Of a stretch of DNA of 64,000 nt, positions 1 through 10,400 are shown one piece after another. The stretch comes from a virus. A program made the position numbers and the translations under genes. The notes under the pieces are model-generated. The model was not told the DNA's origin, ran no database searches, and was given only the letters and a program-made list of their open reading frames with translations. Every line of letters starts with the position of its first letter. Position 1 is the first letter of the stretch. The stretch is from positions 32,001 through 96,000 of IMG/VR virus record IMGVR_UViG_3300044712_000833; one strand, given 5' to 3'.

Positions 1-174
1 CATCTTCGTCAAACATTTAATGGAAAAATTATTCCTAGAGAAACTGATGGGGGAAGTGGAACTATTGGGAAGTTATTCTTTGATAGGTTGGCAAGCGAGT
101 CGAACAGACAAGAGTTGGGCGGACAACTTCCTTTCTTGGGGTCATGGATGATTATGTCGTTTAAATCTAACTAA
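1..174 (+). CDS. Partial CDS (3' end), probable virion/tail completion protein
   Basis: Frame 1 open from base 1 to TAA at 172-174 (HLRQTFNGK...MSFKSN); lies upstream of tail genes. Confidence 0.5.
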   Translation, partial: HLRQTFNGKIIPRETDGGSGTIGKLFFDRLASESNRQELGGQLPFLGSWMIMSFKSN

Positions 175-184
175 AGGAGATAAG

Positions 185-967
185 ATGTCATCCTTTAGAG
201 AAATTTATTATACATTCGATCAGCCTGTTCCTTATAAATCTTTATTAATATATCCTATAAAAATACAGGATTACTATGAGTTCTTGTTTTTTATTCCTTG
301 TTTAATGCTTGAAAAAAACAGTATCAAAGACCCCAATCTTGCAATCAAAGCCATTTCAATGAGCTATCTTGCTTATATGTATGAAATTTCAACTAAAGAA
401 AATAATTACACTCAATTATTTGACGGCTTATTGCGATTGGTATTAAAAACAAAAGATAAAGAAAAAAATATAAAGTATGGCTACGAAAAAGATAACATTC
501 CATATTTTATGATAGATAATAAAAAATATTATTCCGAAGATTTTGATGAAATAAGAAAAATAATCTCTGAACAAAATCTTATAGACCTTCCTGACGAAAA
601 AATACAAAAAAATGTTCGTGATGCTTTGGAAGAAGCTAGAAGGTTCAAACAAAAATTAAATAATAATAAAATGGCTTCTTTCGAAGAGCAAATGATGGCG
701 TTGGCAACCTACACTGGTTGGAGTCTTGAAGAAATATACAACATGACTTACAGAAAATTTATTCTTGCAATTAGACGAGCTAACCAAATAATTATGTCCA
801 ATATTTATTTGACAGCTAGTATGTCTGGATTTGTTTCATTTAAAGACAAGAGCATTTTAAAATCTTGGATTTCAGATGTAAACGAAGATGACAAATACGC
901 TGATGTAAAAATGAGTCCTGAACAACTGCAATCAAAAGCAAATTTTGAAGAAGCTAAAACAAAATAA
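185..967 (+). CDS. Phage protein, possibly tail assembly chaperone
   Basis: AAGGAG RBS; 260 aa; position next to major tail protein; function inferred from context only. Confidence 0.45.
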   Translation: MSSFREIYYTFDQPVPYKSLLIYPIKIQDYYEFLFFIPCLMLEKNSIKDPNLAIKAISMSYLAYMYEISTKENNYTQLFDGLLRLVLKTKDKEKNIKYGYEKDNIPYFMIDNKKYYSEDFDEIRKIISEQNLIDLPDEKIQKNVRDALEEARRFKQKLNNNKMASFEEQMMALATYTGWSLEEIYNMTYRKFILAIRRANQIIMSNIYLTASMSGFVSFKDKSILKSWISDVNEDDKYADVKMSPEQLQSKANFEEAKTK

Positions 968-987
968 TTTAGGAGGAAAGATTAAAT

Positions 988-2040
988 ATGGCAACTAAAA
1001 AGTTTTTGACTTCGGTCGCCGATGTGTATGGATATGATGACAATAATCAACTTATCTTTACAGGCAAAACTCTGTTAGATTCTTCAATCGAAGTGACATT
1101 AGGAAACACAGAAGTTCGCGGAGGAAGAGGGTCACAACTCCAATATATTTACTATCATAGCAATGCTATGAATATAACCCTTAATGATTGTCAGTGGAAC
1201 CTAGCTATGTTGGCGGCTACTACTGGTCAATCCATTGCAGTTGGTTCTGATGTTTATACCGAAGAAACAATTACGCTTGGAGCAAGTGGTTCTGGAACAG
1301 TTACGGGAACTCCCTTGGCGGTTACAGGAACTACTATTTATGGATGGGTTACTCAATTGAGTGGATTAACTGAAAGAGTTACTTTCTCTGGATCAACCTT
1401 TGCTTCTTCTTCCGGTGCTTCTGGAGATGTTGTTTGTGTTCGTTATTATGCCGCTGATGCTAACGCTAGAAGCATTACAATTCCAGCCAATGTAATTCCA
1501 AAAGTTGTTCGGTTGGTTATGGAGGCTCAATTAAATTCAAGCGATGTTTCCAGCAACCAAATTGGTAAAGTTCAATTTATTGTTTATAAGGCAACTTTGA
1601 GTGGTAGCTTTACCATATCAATGACAAGCGATGGGGTAGCACAGACTCCTCTTACCGCTATGGCTCTTGCCTATCAAGATACCGAAACAGCCGCCTGTAC
1701 GAATGCGCCTGTATATGCAAAGATAATTGAAATTATAGACAATATTAATTGGTATGATGATTTGATTGCCGTTGCTGTTGAAGGTGGCAACTTTTCTTTA
1801 GCTACAACTTTAGGAACAAAAACTCTTGTTGTCTATGGTATTACTTCAAATCCGTCAGAGGCTCCATTTATTATTGATAATGCGGATTTGTCGTTTACTT
1901 CGGGTACTACTGGAGTCGCAACTGCGGGCTTGCACACGGGACTCATCACGGGTGTCAGCGCAGGAACATCTCTTATTACAGTTGTTGTTGATGATAAGAA
2001 TACAATCGAAGCGCAAGTAACCGTTACGGTTCCTAGTTAG
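988..2040 (+). CDS. Major tail (tube) protein with C-terminal Ig-like domain
   Basis: AGGAGG RBS; T/S/G/V-rich beta protein; C-terminal Ig-like pattern (GLITGVSAGTSLITV); upstream of tape measure. Confidence 0.7.
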   Translation: MATKKFLTSVADVYGYDDNNQLIFTGKTLLDSSIEVTLGNTEVRGGRGSQLQYIYYHSNAMNITLNDCQWNLAMLAATTGQSIAVGSDVYTEETITLGASGSGTVTGTPLAVTGTTIYGWVTQLSGLTERVTFSGSTFASSSGASGDVVCVRYYAADANARSITIPANVIPKVVRLVMEAQLNSSDVSSNQIGKVQFIVYKATLSGSFTISMTSDGVAQTPLTAMALAYQDTETAACTNAPVYAKIIEIIDNINWYDDLIAVAVEGGNFSLATTLGTKTLVVYGITSNPSEAPFIIDNADLSFTSGTTGVATAGLHTGLITGVSAGTSLITVVVDDKNTIEAQVTVTVPS

Positions 2041-2047
2041 TTATGTG

Positions 2048-2076
2048 TTGACAAATTACTAAAACTGTGATATAAT
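2048..2076 (+). promoter_or_regulatory. Sigma70/SigA-type promoter
   Basis: TTGACA-17 bp-TATAAT, perfect consensus. Confidence 0.85.
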
Positions 2077-2095
2077 AAATAACCAATTTATTTGG

Positions 2096-2160
2096 TATAT
2101 GCGGGATAGAATAATGTCATGAACTATTTGATAAGTGAGACTCTACACTTCCCGCATATA
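2096..2160 (+). ncRNA. Structured 5' leader (three-way junction) of endonuclease gene
   Basis: TATATGCGGGA/TCCCGCATATA closing stem with internal TAG...GATAAG core; related copy at 16358-16415. Confidence 0.55.
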
Positions 2161-2186
2161 AAAAATTTTAGAGTTCTAGAGGAAGA

Positions 2187-3098
2187 ATGTTAGAAAAAAT
2201 AAAAGAGTTTGGTTTTAATTTCTTAATGGTTGACCAAGAAAATTCTTCACAGATTCATATAGAAAACAAGGAAGGCTATAGAACAAGAACCACGATAGGT
2301 AAAATATTATCTGGTAAAAATCAATTTAAATCAATAGCTCATCCAAGCAACCCATATAGTTTATATAACATAAATCTTTTTATAAAGAAAAATAAAATGA
2401 ATTTTTATCTTTTAGAGAATAATACATATACTTCAGCAACAGATAAGAATTTAAAATGTTATTGTTATGAATGTCAAGATATATTTCTAGCAAGATGGCA
2501 AAGTATAAGTACATTTCATGGATGTGGTCTATGTAATGGAAAACAAGTGGGAGTTAAAAACTTAAAAACCCAAAGACCAGATTTAATAAAAGAATGGTCA
2601 AACAACAATGCAAATCTCCCCGAATCATACTCCGAATTTTCTCACTCCGAAGTCTTATGGAGGTGTTCAGTTTGTGGAAATGAGTGGGCTGATAAAATAT
2701 CCAATAGAACAAATTTAGATAGAGGGTGTAAAAAGTGTTCTATGAGCAAGGGAGAAAAAAGAATATTTCAATTCATTAAGTCTTTTAATTTAAAATTTTC
2801 AAGCGAATATTCTGAAATTCCTTCTGTTAAAAACGGAAAGTTAAGATTTGACTTTTATTTATCGGATTATAATCTTTTCATAGAATATCATGGTATTCAA
2901 CATTACGAACCTATAGATTTTGCTGGAAAAGGTAAAGAGTGGGCTAAAAATCAATTTAAAGAAAACCAAAGAAGAGATAAAATTAAAGAAAAATATTGTT
3001 ATCACAATGATATAAATTTGTTAATAATTCCTTATTGGGATTACGATAACATTGAAAAAATATTAGAGGAAACTCTTCAAGAATTAGAAAGGAGTTAA
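2187..3098 (+). CDS. Homing-type endonuclease (zinc-ribbon repeats plus C-terminal PD-(D/E)XK/Vsr-like domain)
   Basis: CxxC pairs, WRCSVCGNEW zinc ribbon, LRFDFY...IEYHGIQHY...RDKIK nuclease motif. Confidence 0.75.
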   Translation: MLEKIKEFGFNFLMVDQENSSQIHIENKEGYRTRTTIGKILSGKNQFKSIAHPSNPYSLYNINLFIKKNKMNFYLLENNTYTSATDKNLKCYCYECQDIFLARWQSISTFHGCGLCNGKQVGVKNLKTQRPDLIKEWSNNNANLPESYSEFSHSEVLWRCSVCGNEWADKISNRTNLDRGCKKCSMSKGEKRIFQFIKSFNLKFSSEYSEIPSVKNGKLRFDFYLSDYNLFIEYHGIQHYEPIDFAGKGKEWAKNQFKENQRRDKIKEKYCYHNDINLLIIPYWDYDNIEKILEETLQELERS

Positions 3099-3099
3099 A

Positions 3100-3324
3100 A
3101 TGGGACTCTTTGGTGATATGGGGAAACCTGAAGAAAAATCAGAACTCCCCAAAGAAGAAAAAAAGCAAAAATTTGAACAGCATAAAAAACAAACAAAAGG
3201 TAAGGTTGCGTCTATTATAAAGGGGAAAAGGGTTATTGTAGATGTTGACGGAAATGGTGTGGACGTAAAATATAACGAAAGGGATCATGGTCATTTGAAA
3301 GTTGGTGATCCAATCGTTTTCTAG
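3100..3324 (+). CDS. Hypothetical protein
   Basis: AAGGAG RBS, 74 aa, co-oriented with neighbours. Confidence 0.6.
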   Translation: MGLFGDMGKPEEKSELPKEEKKQKFEQHKKQTKGKVASIIKGKRVIVDVDGNGVDVKYNERDHGHLKVGDPIVF

Positions 3325-3339
3325 AGAGGGAAAAAGTAT

Positions 3340-3630
3340 ATGGGAGATGAATTTATAACCTACTCTCCCTTTCTATTTGTGTTTATGAGCGCATATATTT
3401 TATTAGAATTGCGGAGAATTAATAGATTTTTAAATAAGTGGGAAATAAGTAGTTTATCGGTAATACCGCTTCTATTCATGATATTATATCTTTGGATAGG
3501 AATTTTTAATCCTGAAATATCTTTATCTAGATATTGGCTACGTTGTACAATTGCCACATCTCTTGGAATTGGTTGTTATCTTTCGTATTCATATAGTAAA
3601 CTATTACGAAGAGGGGGTAAACGTGTCTAA
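3340..3630 (+). CDS. Small three-TM membrane protein (holin-like candidate)
   Basis: Three hydrophobic segments, basic C-terminus. Confidence 0.5.
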   Translation: MGDEFITYSPFLFVFMSAYILLELRRINRFLNKWEISSLSVIPLLFMILYLWIGIFNPEISLSRYWLRCTIATSLGIGCYLSYSYSKLLRRGGKRV

Positions 3631-4118
3631 TGGCTTGGTATACTCCTATTATAGATAATTTTAAAGAAATCCCAGACGATGTAAAAAAGACACTAACAGG
3701 ATTATTATATGGGTTCATTGGATTTTTATCATCTTTTGCTATTGAATGGTATAAAAAAAGAAGAAATCCCAAAGAAGTTGACACAGAGATTTCTACTAAA
3801 CTAGTTATCTCTGCTAAAGATAACGTTGAAATAGCTCAAAATGTAATTGATCTTTTAGAGGAACGATTAAAATCAGAAAGAGAATATTATGACTCTAAAA
3901 TAAATCAATCTAAAACGGATTGTGAAGAGCAAATCATGAGATTGAAAAACAACTATGATAAAGCCCTTTATGAAGTTCAAAAAAAGAACGAAGATGAGAA
4001 AAAAGAACTTTCTGACAAAATAGATCAACTTCAATTAGATAAGCAAAACTTACAAAAAGAAGTAGCTGAATTGAGAGAAAGACTTAAACAGTACGAAAAC
4101 GATGTAAAACGTGAATAA
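3630..4118 (+). CDS. Membrane-anchored coiled-coil protein
   Basis: N-terminal TM segment followed by heptad-rich K/E/Q region. Confidence 0.55.
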   Translation: MAWYTPIIDNFKEIPDDVKKTLTGLLYGFIGFLSSFAIEWYKKRRNPKEVDTEISTKLVISAKDNVEIAQNVIDLLEERLKSEREYYDSKINQSKTDCEEQIMRLKNNYDKALYEVQKKNEDEKKELSDKIDQLQLDKQNLQKEVAELRERLKQYENDVKRE

Positions 4119-4173
4119 AATCAACATTTTATCTGCGTTTTTTTTGAAAAATATAACTGGAGGAATACATAAA

Positions 4174-4698
4174 ATGCTTGAAAATAAACAAGAAATTGCA
4201 TTTAAAGAACCTGAAATACAAGAAGTTGTTTTTGGAAATATAAAGATTAAGGTAAAACCATATCTTTCTTTGACAGACCAAATGACACTTTTATCGATAT
4301 ATTTAGAAGAATATTTTGGTAAAGAACAAACTAGAATTTTAGAATCTGAATACAAATTAGTTTTTGGAATTCTTGATTTATGCACAAATATAGATGTTGA
4401 AAAGATTTCATTAAATTCACTTCTTGCCAATTACAAGTTTTGGGAAGACATTAAAGCAAAAATCAAAAATTACGGTGAATTCAGAGCTTTACTTGCTAGA
4501 ACAATTGAAGAGGTAAAAGAAAATAAAAGAATTGAAAAATCTTTAGGTAACGTTATTGAGGGTCTTGTTGATAAAATTTCCAATCTTTTGAATACAGATA
4601 TTTCTCCAGAATCAATTGAAAAAGTACAACAACTATTGAAAGACGTTGAAGAGTCTAAAATATTTAGTAAGGCAACTGAAATCTACAAGGATAAATAA
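4174..4698 (+). CDS. Hypothetical protein
   Basis: ATG at 4174 preceded by GGAGG is a better start than the GTG at 4111. Confidence 0.6.
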   Translation: MLENKQEIAFKEPEIQEVVFGNIKIKVKPYLSLTDQMTLLSIYLEEYFGKEQTRILESEYKLVFGILDLCTNIDVEKISLNSLLANYKFWEDIKAKIKNYGEFRALLARTIEEVKENKRIEKSLGNVIEGLVDKISNLLNTDISPESIEKVQQLLKDVEESKIFSKATEIYKDK

Positions 4699-4707
4699 TA
4701 AAACAAC

Positions 4708-4941
4708 ATGTCTGAATTACATCTAGGTAAGTTAATAAAAACATTGGGGAAAAAGTGTCCTGAATGTATGGACTCCGCTCTTCAAGTTAGACTTAGAAGT
4801 TTTGAAAATAAAGAACAAGAGTACGAATATTGCCCGAATTGCTTTTGGGAACGTAGAATTGGTTACAAAGAAAAGGGTAGAAAGCATGGAGATAAAAAAC
4901 GAGCAAGACCTGAAAAAGATGATGGAAAATCTGGCTGGTGA
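4708..4941 (+). CDS. Small zinc-finger protein
   Basis: CPEC...CPNC. Confidence 0.55.
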   Translation: MSELHLGKLIKTLGKKCPECMDSALQVRLRSFENKEQEYEYCPNCFWERRIGYKEKGRKHGDKKRARPEKDDGKSGW

Positions 4942-5380
4942 GGCTATAAAAAAAGCTACCATTAGAATTCTTCAAAAATTAAAAGAACAAATTCAAAAAG
5001 ATGTTTATACAGAAAAAAACTCTTGGTACGAAAGAACAGGGGATTTTGAACGTGCTTGGCTTTGGTCTGATGTTGAAAAAAAAGTAAATGCTCTTGTTAC
5101 TGAATTGAGTTATGACCCTAGAAATATGAGGTATATCCCTGAAGATTGGGTTCATGGTAATCCAAGGAGGTCTGCTGTTGATAATTTAGCAGACATACTT
5201 AACTTAGCCTTTAATAATTATAAAGACGGATATACATCTAACTTGATGTTTGGAAAAAAATATTTTTCTCACTTTAGAAGACCCTACTGGGAGAATTTTA
5301 TTAAAAGTATGTTTTCAAATGGAGAATTAGAAAAAATATTATCAGAAGAATTTTCCAAAGTTGGATTTTATAAGATTTAG
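4886..5380 (+). CDS. Phage protein, possibly tail-completion (HK97 gp10-like)
   Basis: YERTGDF motif and RRPYWE C-terminus resemble tail-completion proteins; start chosen at ATG 4886. Confidence 0.4.
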   Translation: MEIKNEQDLKKMMENLAGEAIKKATIRILQKLKEQIQKDVYTEKNSWYERTGDFERAWLWSDVEKKVNALVTELSYDPRNMRYIPEDWVHGNPRRSAVDNLADILNLAFNNYKDGYTSNLMFGKKYFSHFRRPYWENFIKSMFSNGELEKILSEEFSKVGFYKI

Positions 5381-5384
5381 CTAT

Positions 5385-5574
5385 ATGAATAAACTATTTA
5401 TAATAAACGTTTGGTATAAGCACTCTCAAGATTCTTTTTTAGCGGATGGAGATAATGTAGAAGAGAGTGTTTTGAAAGTAAAAAATGATAGACCCATATA
5501 GGGATTATATTATTGACGTTATTGAAATCAAGTTTGAAAATGGTATTTATGAGTTACCAAGTTTTGAATTTTAA
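5385..5574 (+). pseudogene. Small ORF split by a frameshift in an A6 run
   Basis: Removing one A from 5480-5485 joins MNKLF...LKVK to MIDPY...PSFEF, filling the intergenic gap. Confidence 0.4.
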
Positions 5575-5584
5575 GGAGGAATAA

Positions 5585-5890
5585 ATGGATATTACATTAC
5601 AAGGATTTTTGCTTTGGTTGGGTACAGTTGGTGGTAGTGGTACTGTTGTAAGTTTTATTTTAGAACAGATTGATTGGTTTCAATCTCTTTCTGAAAAAGG
5701 TCGAAAATGGGTTTCTTTTGCGGGAATGGCTGTCTTAGGAGTTTTGTCTCATTTGGTTTTAACATATGTTCCACAGGATATACTTTTCGCAATCGCTCCT
5801 TACTTTGTTGTAATTGCGTCAGCTTTTGTTTCGGTATTTAGTGGCGAAATTTTACATAAAATGTTAAAAAAAGAATCTAAGCAAGAATAA
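5585..5890 (+). CDS. Holin-like membrane protein
   Basis: AAGGAGG RBS; three TM segments; charged C-terminus. Confidence 0.55.
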   Translation: MDITLQGFLLWLGTVGGSGTVVSFILEQIDWFQSLSEKGRKWVSFAGMAVLGVLSHLVLTYVPQDILFAIAPYFVVIASAFVSVFSGEILHKMLKKESKQE

Positions 5891-5899
5891 AAATTATTT

Positions 5900-5932
5900 A
5901 AAGAGAGCCCAATTTCGGGTTCTCTTTTTTTA
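5900..5932 (+). terminator. Intrinsic terminator
   Basis: AAAGAGAGCCC/GGGTTCTCTTT hairpin followed by a T-run. Confidence 0.7.
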
Positions 5933-5946
5933 TTGGAAAGGTTGTT

Positions 5947-6417
5947 ATGAGTGTAATAAGCTTTGATTTATCAATGAGCAACGTTGGGTATTCGATATTT
6001 AGCGATGACGGTCTGTTTTTTATGACAGGCAGTATAGAAACGAATGGAAAAGATAGTACTCCCAAGAGACTAAAACATATCGCTAAAGAGATGAATAAAT
6101 TAAAAAAAGAAAATCCCAAAACAATAGTAATCGAAAGAGGTTTTTATAGATTTGCAGGATCAACGCAACAAATTTTTCGTGTTCACGGAATAACGAATCT
6201 TATTTTTGCAGATATTGAACAAGTTGAAATACACGCCACATCGGTTAGAAAAACCGTTTTCGGACACGGAAACATGAAAAAAGAACAGGTCGAAGAGTAT
6301 GTTAAACAAAATTATCCTGATTTTAAATATAACAATCTTGACGAAATGGATAGTTTTGTTTTAGGTCTCGCGTATTTCAAACAGAAGGGAATAATCAATG
6401 GCGCGGAAAACTTTTAG
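5947..6417 (+). CDS. ruvC: RuvC-like Holliday junction resolvase
   Basis: ISFDLS (D), IVIE (E), GHGNMKKEQV, DEMDS (DxxD) pattern. Confidence 0.8.
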   Translation: MSVISFDLSMSNVGYSIFSDDGLFFMTGSIETNGKDSTPKRLKHIAKEMNKLKKENPKTIVIERGFYRFAGSTQQIFRVHGITNLIFADIEQVEIHATSVRKTVFGHGNMKKEQVEEYVKQNYPDFKYNNLDEMDSFVLGLAYFKQKGIINGAENF

Positions 6418-7393
6418 AAAAGTGATTGTCACAGAAGAATTATTGCAACAAATAAATCCAGAAAATAAGAAACTGGTTTCAAGGTTTATTAAAGAAAAAT
6501 CAACAAGGTCTAGCGAAGTTACAATAAAAAATTATCAGTCGGATGCTGATATATTCTTTGTTTATAATCTTTTGCATAATGATAATAAACATTTTACAGA
6601 ATTGAAGAAATTAGAAATAATTGATTTTTTTAGTTACGCGATTGAAGAATTGAAGTGGGGTTCTGCTAGGTGTAACAGGATGAGAAGTTTTTTAAGTTCT
6701 TTATCTCAGTATATTGAACGAGTTTTGGATGATGAATTTCCAAATTTTCGAAATATAATATTGAAAGCTGTTCAATCTATCCCTAAAGAAATTAGAAGAG
6801 AAAAAACAATTCTAACAGACGAACAAGTTCAAGATTTGTTAAACCACTTATCTGAAAAAGACTCTCAACAAGCATTTTGGTTAGCTTTAGCTGTTTATTC
6901 TGGAAGTAGATTTTCTGAAATTCTTAGATTTACAACGGACTTAATTGACCCGAATAATTCTGTTTTTGAGGGACTATTTTTAGAGACCGTAAAAGAAATA
7001 AAAACAAAAGGAAGAGGACGAGGTGGAAAAATGCTTCATAAATACATCCTCAAAGAAAAATTTCTTCCTTATTACTACAAATGGCTTGAAGATAGAAAAA
7101 CAATATTGGAAAAAAATAATCTTGACCATAATTATTTATTCATTAAAAACGACGGGTCTCCCGCAACAGATGGTACAGTTAGGTCTTGGATAGCGTCTAT
7201 GGATAGATATTTAGGTTCACCTTTTTACGCCCATGCCTGTAGGCATTTTTTATGTACGGAATTAACTAGAAAAAAAATACCTCAAGCGTTTATTCAATTT
7301 TTGTTCGGTTGGTCAAGTGCCGAAATGTATTCTATTTACAACGATCTGACGGCTAAAGATATGGAATGGTCAGGTCTTGAAAACTTAAAATAA
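6398..7393 (+). CDS. Tyrosine recombinase/integrase family protein
   Basis: SAM-like N-domain; GSRFSE (R), TKGR (K), HACRH (HxxR), FGW (W), SIY (Y). Confidence 0.85.
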   Translation: MARKTFRKVIVTEELLQQINPENKKLVSRFIKEKSTRSSEVTIKNYQSDADIFFVYNLLHNDNKHFTELKKLEIIDFFSYAIEELKWGSARCNRMRSFLSSLSQYIERVLDDEFPNFRNIILKAVQSIPKEIRREKTILTDEQVQDLLNHLSEKDSQQAFWLALAVYSGSRFSEILRFTTDLIDPNNSVFEGLFLETVKEIKTKGRGRGGKMLHKYILKEKFLPYYYKWLEDRKTILEKNNLDHNYLFIKNDGSPATDGTVRSWIASMDRYLGSPFYAHACRHFLCTELTRKKIPQAFIQFLFGWSSAEMYSIYNDLTAKDMEWSGLENLK

Positions 7394-7437
7394 AACAATC
7401 CTCCAATCAGGGAGGTTTCTTTTTGAAAGGAGGATAA

Positions 7438-10400
7438 ATGGCTGGAAATAATTATAAACTTTTACTTGAGGCTCAGTTAGACCCTCAAAAAATTCAAGCA
7501 CAAATTAACGCATTAAGTAATAAAAGTGTTATGAATATAAAAATGGATTTTGCCCAAGGAGATATGGCAAAATTCGAAGCCGAATTAGAAAAAATTAAAA
7601 CAAAGGCTTCCTCTATTGGAAAAGTAACATTATTTGGTAGTGAAAAAGATGGCGTAACAGGAATAAATAGGGCAGTCGTAGAGTATAAAGATGCTTTAGG
7701 AAATGTTGTTCAAGAGTATCTTCAAATAAATAGTGAAGTGGCAATTACTCAAAAATATACTGAAAATATTGCTAAAGATAAAAAAGAAATACTTGCGCTA
7801 GAAACAAAATCTCTTGCTCTTGAAAAAAAACAAGCAGATGAAATGGAACGCGCAGGAAAAGAAGCTGATTTATTTTTAGCAAAATCTAAAAATTTAGCAT
7901 CTACTCCATCTGTTCAAGCGGCAATAGGGAAAGCAACTGATTTAAAAAATGCTGTTTCAGAAGGCGATATTGCTAAAGTAAGAAAGTTTAAAGACGAACT
8001 TGATTTAGCAAAAGCGGCTCTACAAACTGGAAGAACAGGATTGGACTCTTGGTCTGAAGGTATGCGAAACGCCATAAAACAAACCATAGAATATGCTACG
8101 TCCGTTGGATTAGTTTATGGGGCATTGAGTCAATTACGAGAGGGTATTCAATATTTAACAGATTTGGATAAACAAATGACTGCCATTCAAGTTGTTACAG
8201 GATACACCGATGAGCAAATAGGGAAATTATCCTTGCAATTTAATGGATTAGCAAAAGATTTAGGGGCGACGACTTTAGAAGTAGCTAAAGGATCGACAGA
8301 ATGGTTTAGACAAGGTAAAACAATAGAAGAAACAAGTCAATTAATGGAATCTTCTATGATGATGTCTAAATTAGCAAATATGGATTCTGCTCAATCTACT
8401 GAGTATTTAACAAGTATTATAAACGGCTTTAAATTAGAAGCACAAGATACTCAGGACGTTATTAGTAAACTGGTTTCTTTAGATAATGAGTTTGCAACAT
8501 CAACTTCAGAAATTGCTTCGGCAATGCAGAGATCAAGCGTTTCTGCTCAACAAGCAGGGGTTAGCATGGAAGAATTAGCTTCTATGATTACTGTTGTTTC
8601 CGATGTCAGTAGACGCGCACCAGAGAGTATTGGTGAAAGCTTTAAGACAATGTTTGCTAGGTATCAAGATATTCTTTCGGGACAAGTTGATGAAGAAGGA
8701 ATGGGCATTAATAATGTAGGAAAAGCTCTTGAGAGAGTTGGCGTTAGTATTAGAGATGTTGATGGGGGTTTTAGAGATTTCGGAGATGTTTTAGATGACC
8801 TTTATCCAAAATGGCATTCTCTTAATGAAGTAGAGCAAGCAAACATATTAAAGGCTTTGGCTGGAACAAGACAACGCGAATCTCTTTTGGTTTTACTTGA
8901 AAACGAAACTAAATACAGAAAAGCACTAACAGTTCAAATGGAATCAGAAGGACTTGCTGCTGAAAGATATGCTACATATTTGGATAGTGTTGAAGCGGCT
9001 CAAAACAGAGCAAAAAGTTCAATAGAAAAGTTGTGGATGACAACAACTAATTCTGATGTAATTAAAAATTTTTATAACATAACTGCCGCCATATTAGAGT
9101 CTGTAGATGCAATGGGAGGTCTCGTTCCCCTGCTAACTACAGTAGGAGCGGCTTATTTAGCTTTTAGTGGAAAAATAACATCTGCAAGTTTGGCTATGGC
9201 TATGTCAAAAATATCTATTGATGGAATTATTTTATCAATATATGATTTGGGTGTGGCTATTGACACATTGCTAATTAGTAATCCTGTAGGATGGGCTATT
9301 CTTCTTGTTGGTGGTATAGTTATGATAGCAAACGCTATTCCGACAACTATTGAAAGATTAGATACTTTAAATGAAAAATTTAAAACAATTCAGAATGAAA
9401 TAAAAAAAGTTTCTCAAGAAAGCAATAAAATATCCGAGTTAGCCAATAAGTTTGAAGAGTTGTCTAAGATAAAAAATAAAGATGCTCAACAAACTCAAGA
9501 TTGGATAGATGTTCAAAATCAATTAAAGGAAATGATGCCTTCTTTAATTGGTCATTATGATGAGTATGGAAACTTCATAATTCAAGATACGGACGCAATA
9601 GCCGGTTTAATTGACCAAACAGAACGACTTATTGAAGTTCAAAAAAGACTAGATGAACTTAAATCTGAAGCCGAAGAAACTTCCTCTAAAAGAGCAGGAT
9701 TATTAGAAAAACTTTATAATGAATCTCAAACAGAATTCTTAAGAGGAACTGGTGCAGTAAAATCACAAGAACAAATTAAAGAATCTGTAGAGTTGTATAA
9801 AGAAGCCTTGGAAAAAGAAAAAGGCACTTTTCAATTAATGGGGTATCAGTCTCAATTAGCGTACATAGAGGGGCTTAAAAATCCTGATTTAAAACAATTA
9901 TTTATAGATTATCAAAATGATCTTTATCAAAGTTATGCTAATCAGGCTTCTTCAGGAAGGCTAACTGGTCTTGCGGCTATGTATGGAGAATATCCAACTC
10001 CTCCTTTAGAAGAGTACGCAGGATTTTCTGAAACTATATCTAAGCTAAATTCTCAATTTTCTGATTTAAATTCTTTAATTGAGAAATCGTCTAGTAGTCA
10101 ATTAGAATTTTCAGATATTCAAAAAATACCTGAAGAATATTTAGATGCTTTGTCTGTTGAAAACGGACAACTTAGATTGAATGTCGATTTAATAAAAGAA
10201 AAGCAAGTTGCAGAAGCAGAAGCCGCTTATAAATCCGCTGTTGCGGCTGGAGAAAGCGAAAAATATACAGAAGTTCTTCGTCTTTATTACGAGCAATTAA
10301 AAGAAAGTCAAAATATAATGTTGAATGGAGTCGAAGTTACGGCTGGTGCATTCAATCAGTTGGCTTGGTCAATCGCTCAAAATGCTGCAATGTCTGGAAA

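Noticed and set aside
2096-2160. Hammerhead ribozyme (TGATAAG resembles CTGATGAG)
   Set aside because: No GAAA and NUH elements in the required positions in either copy
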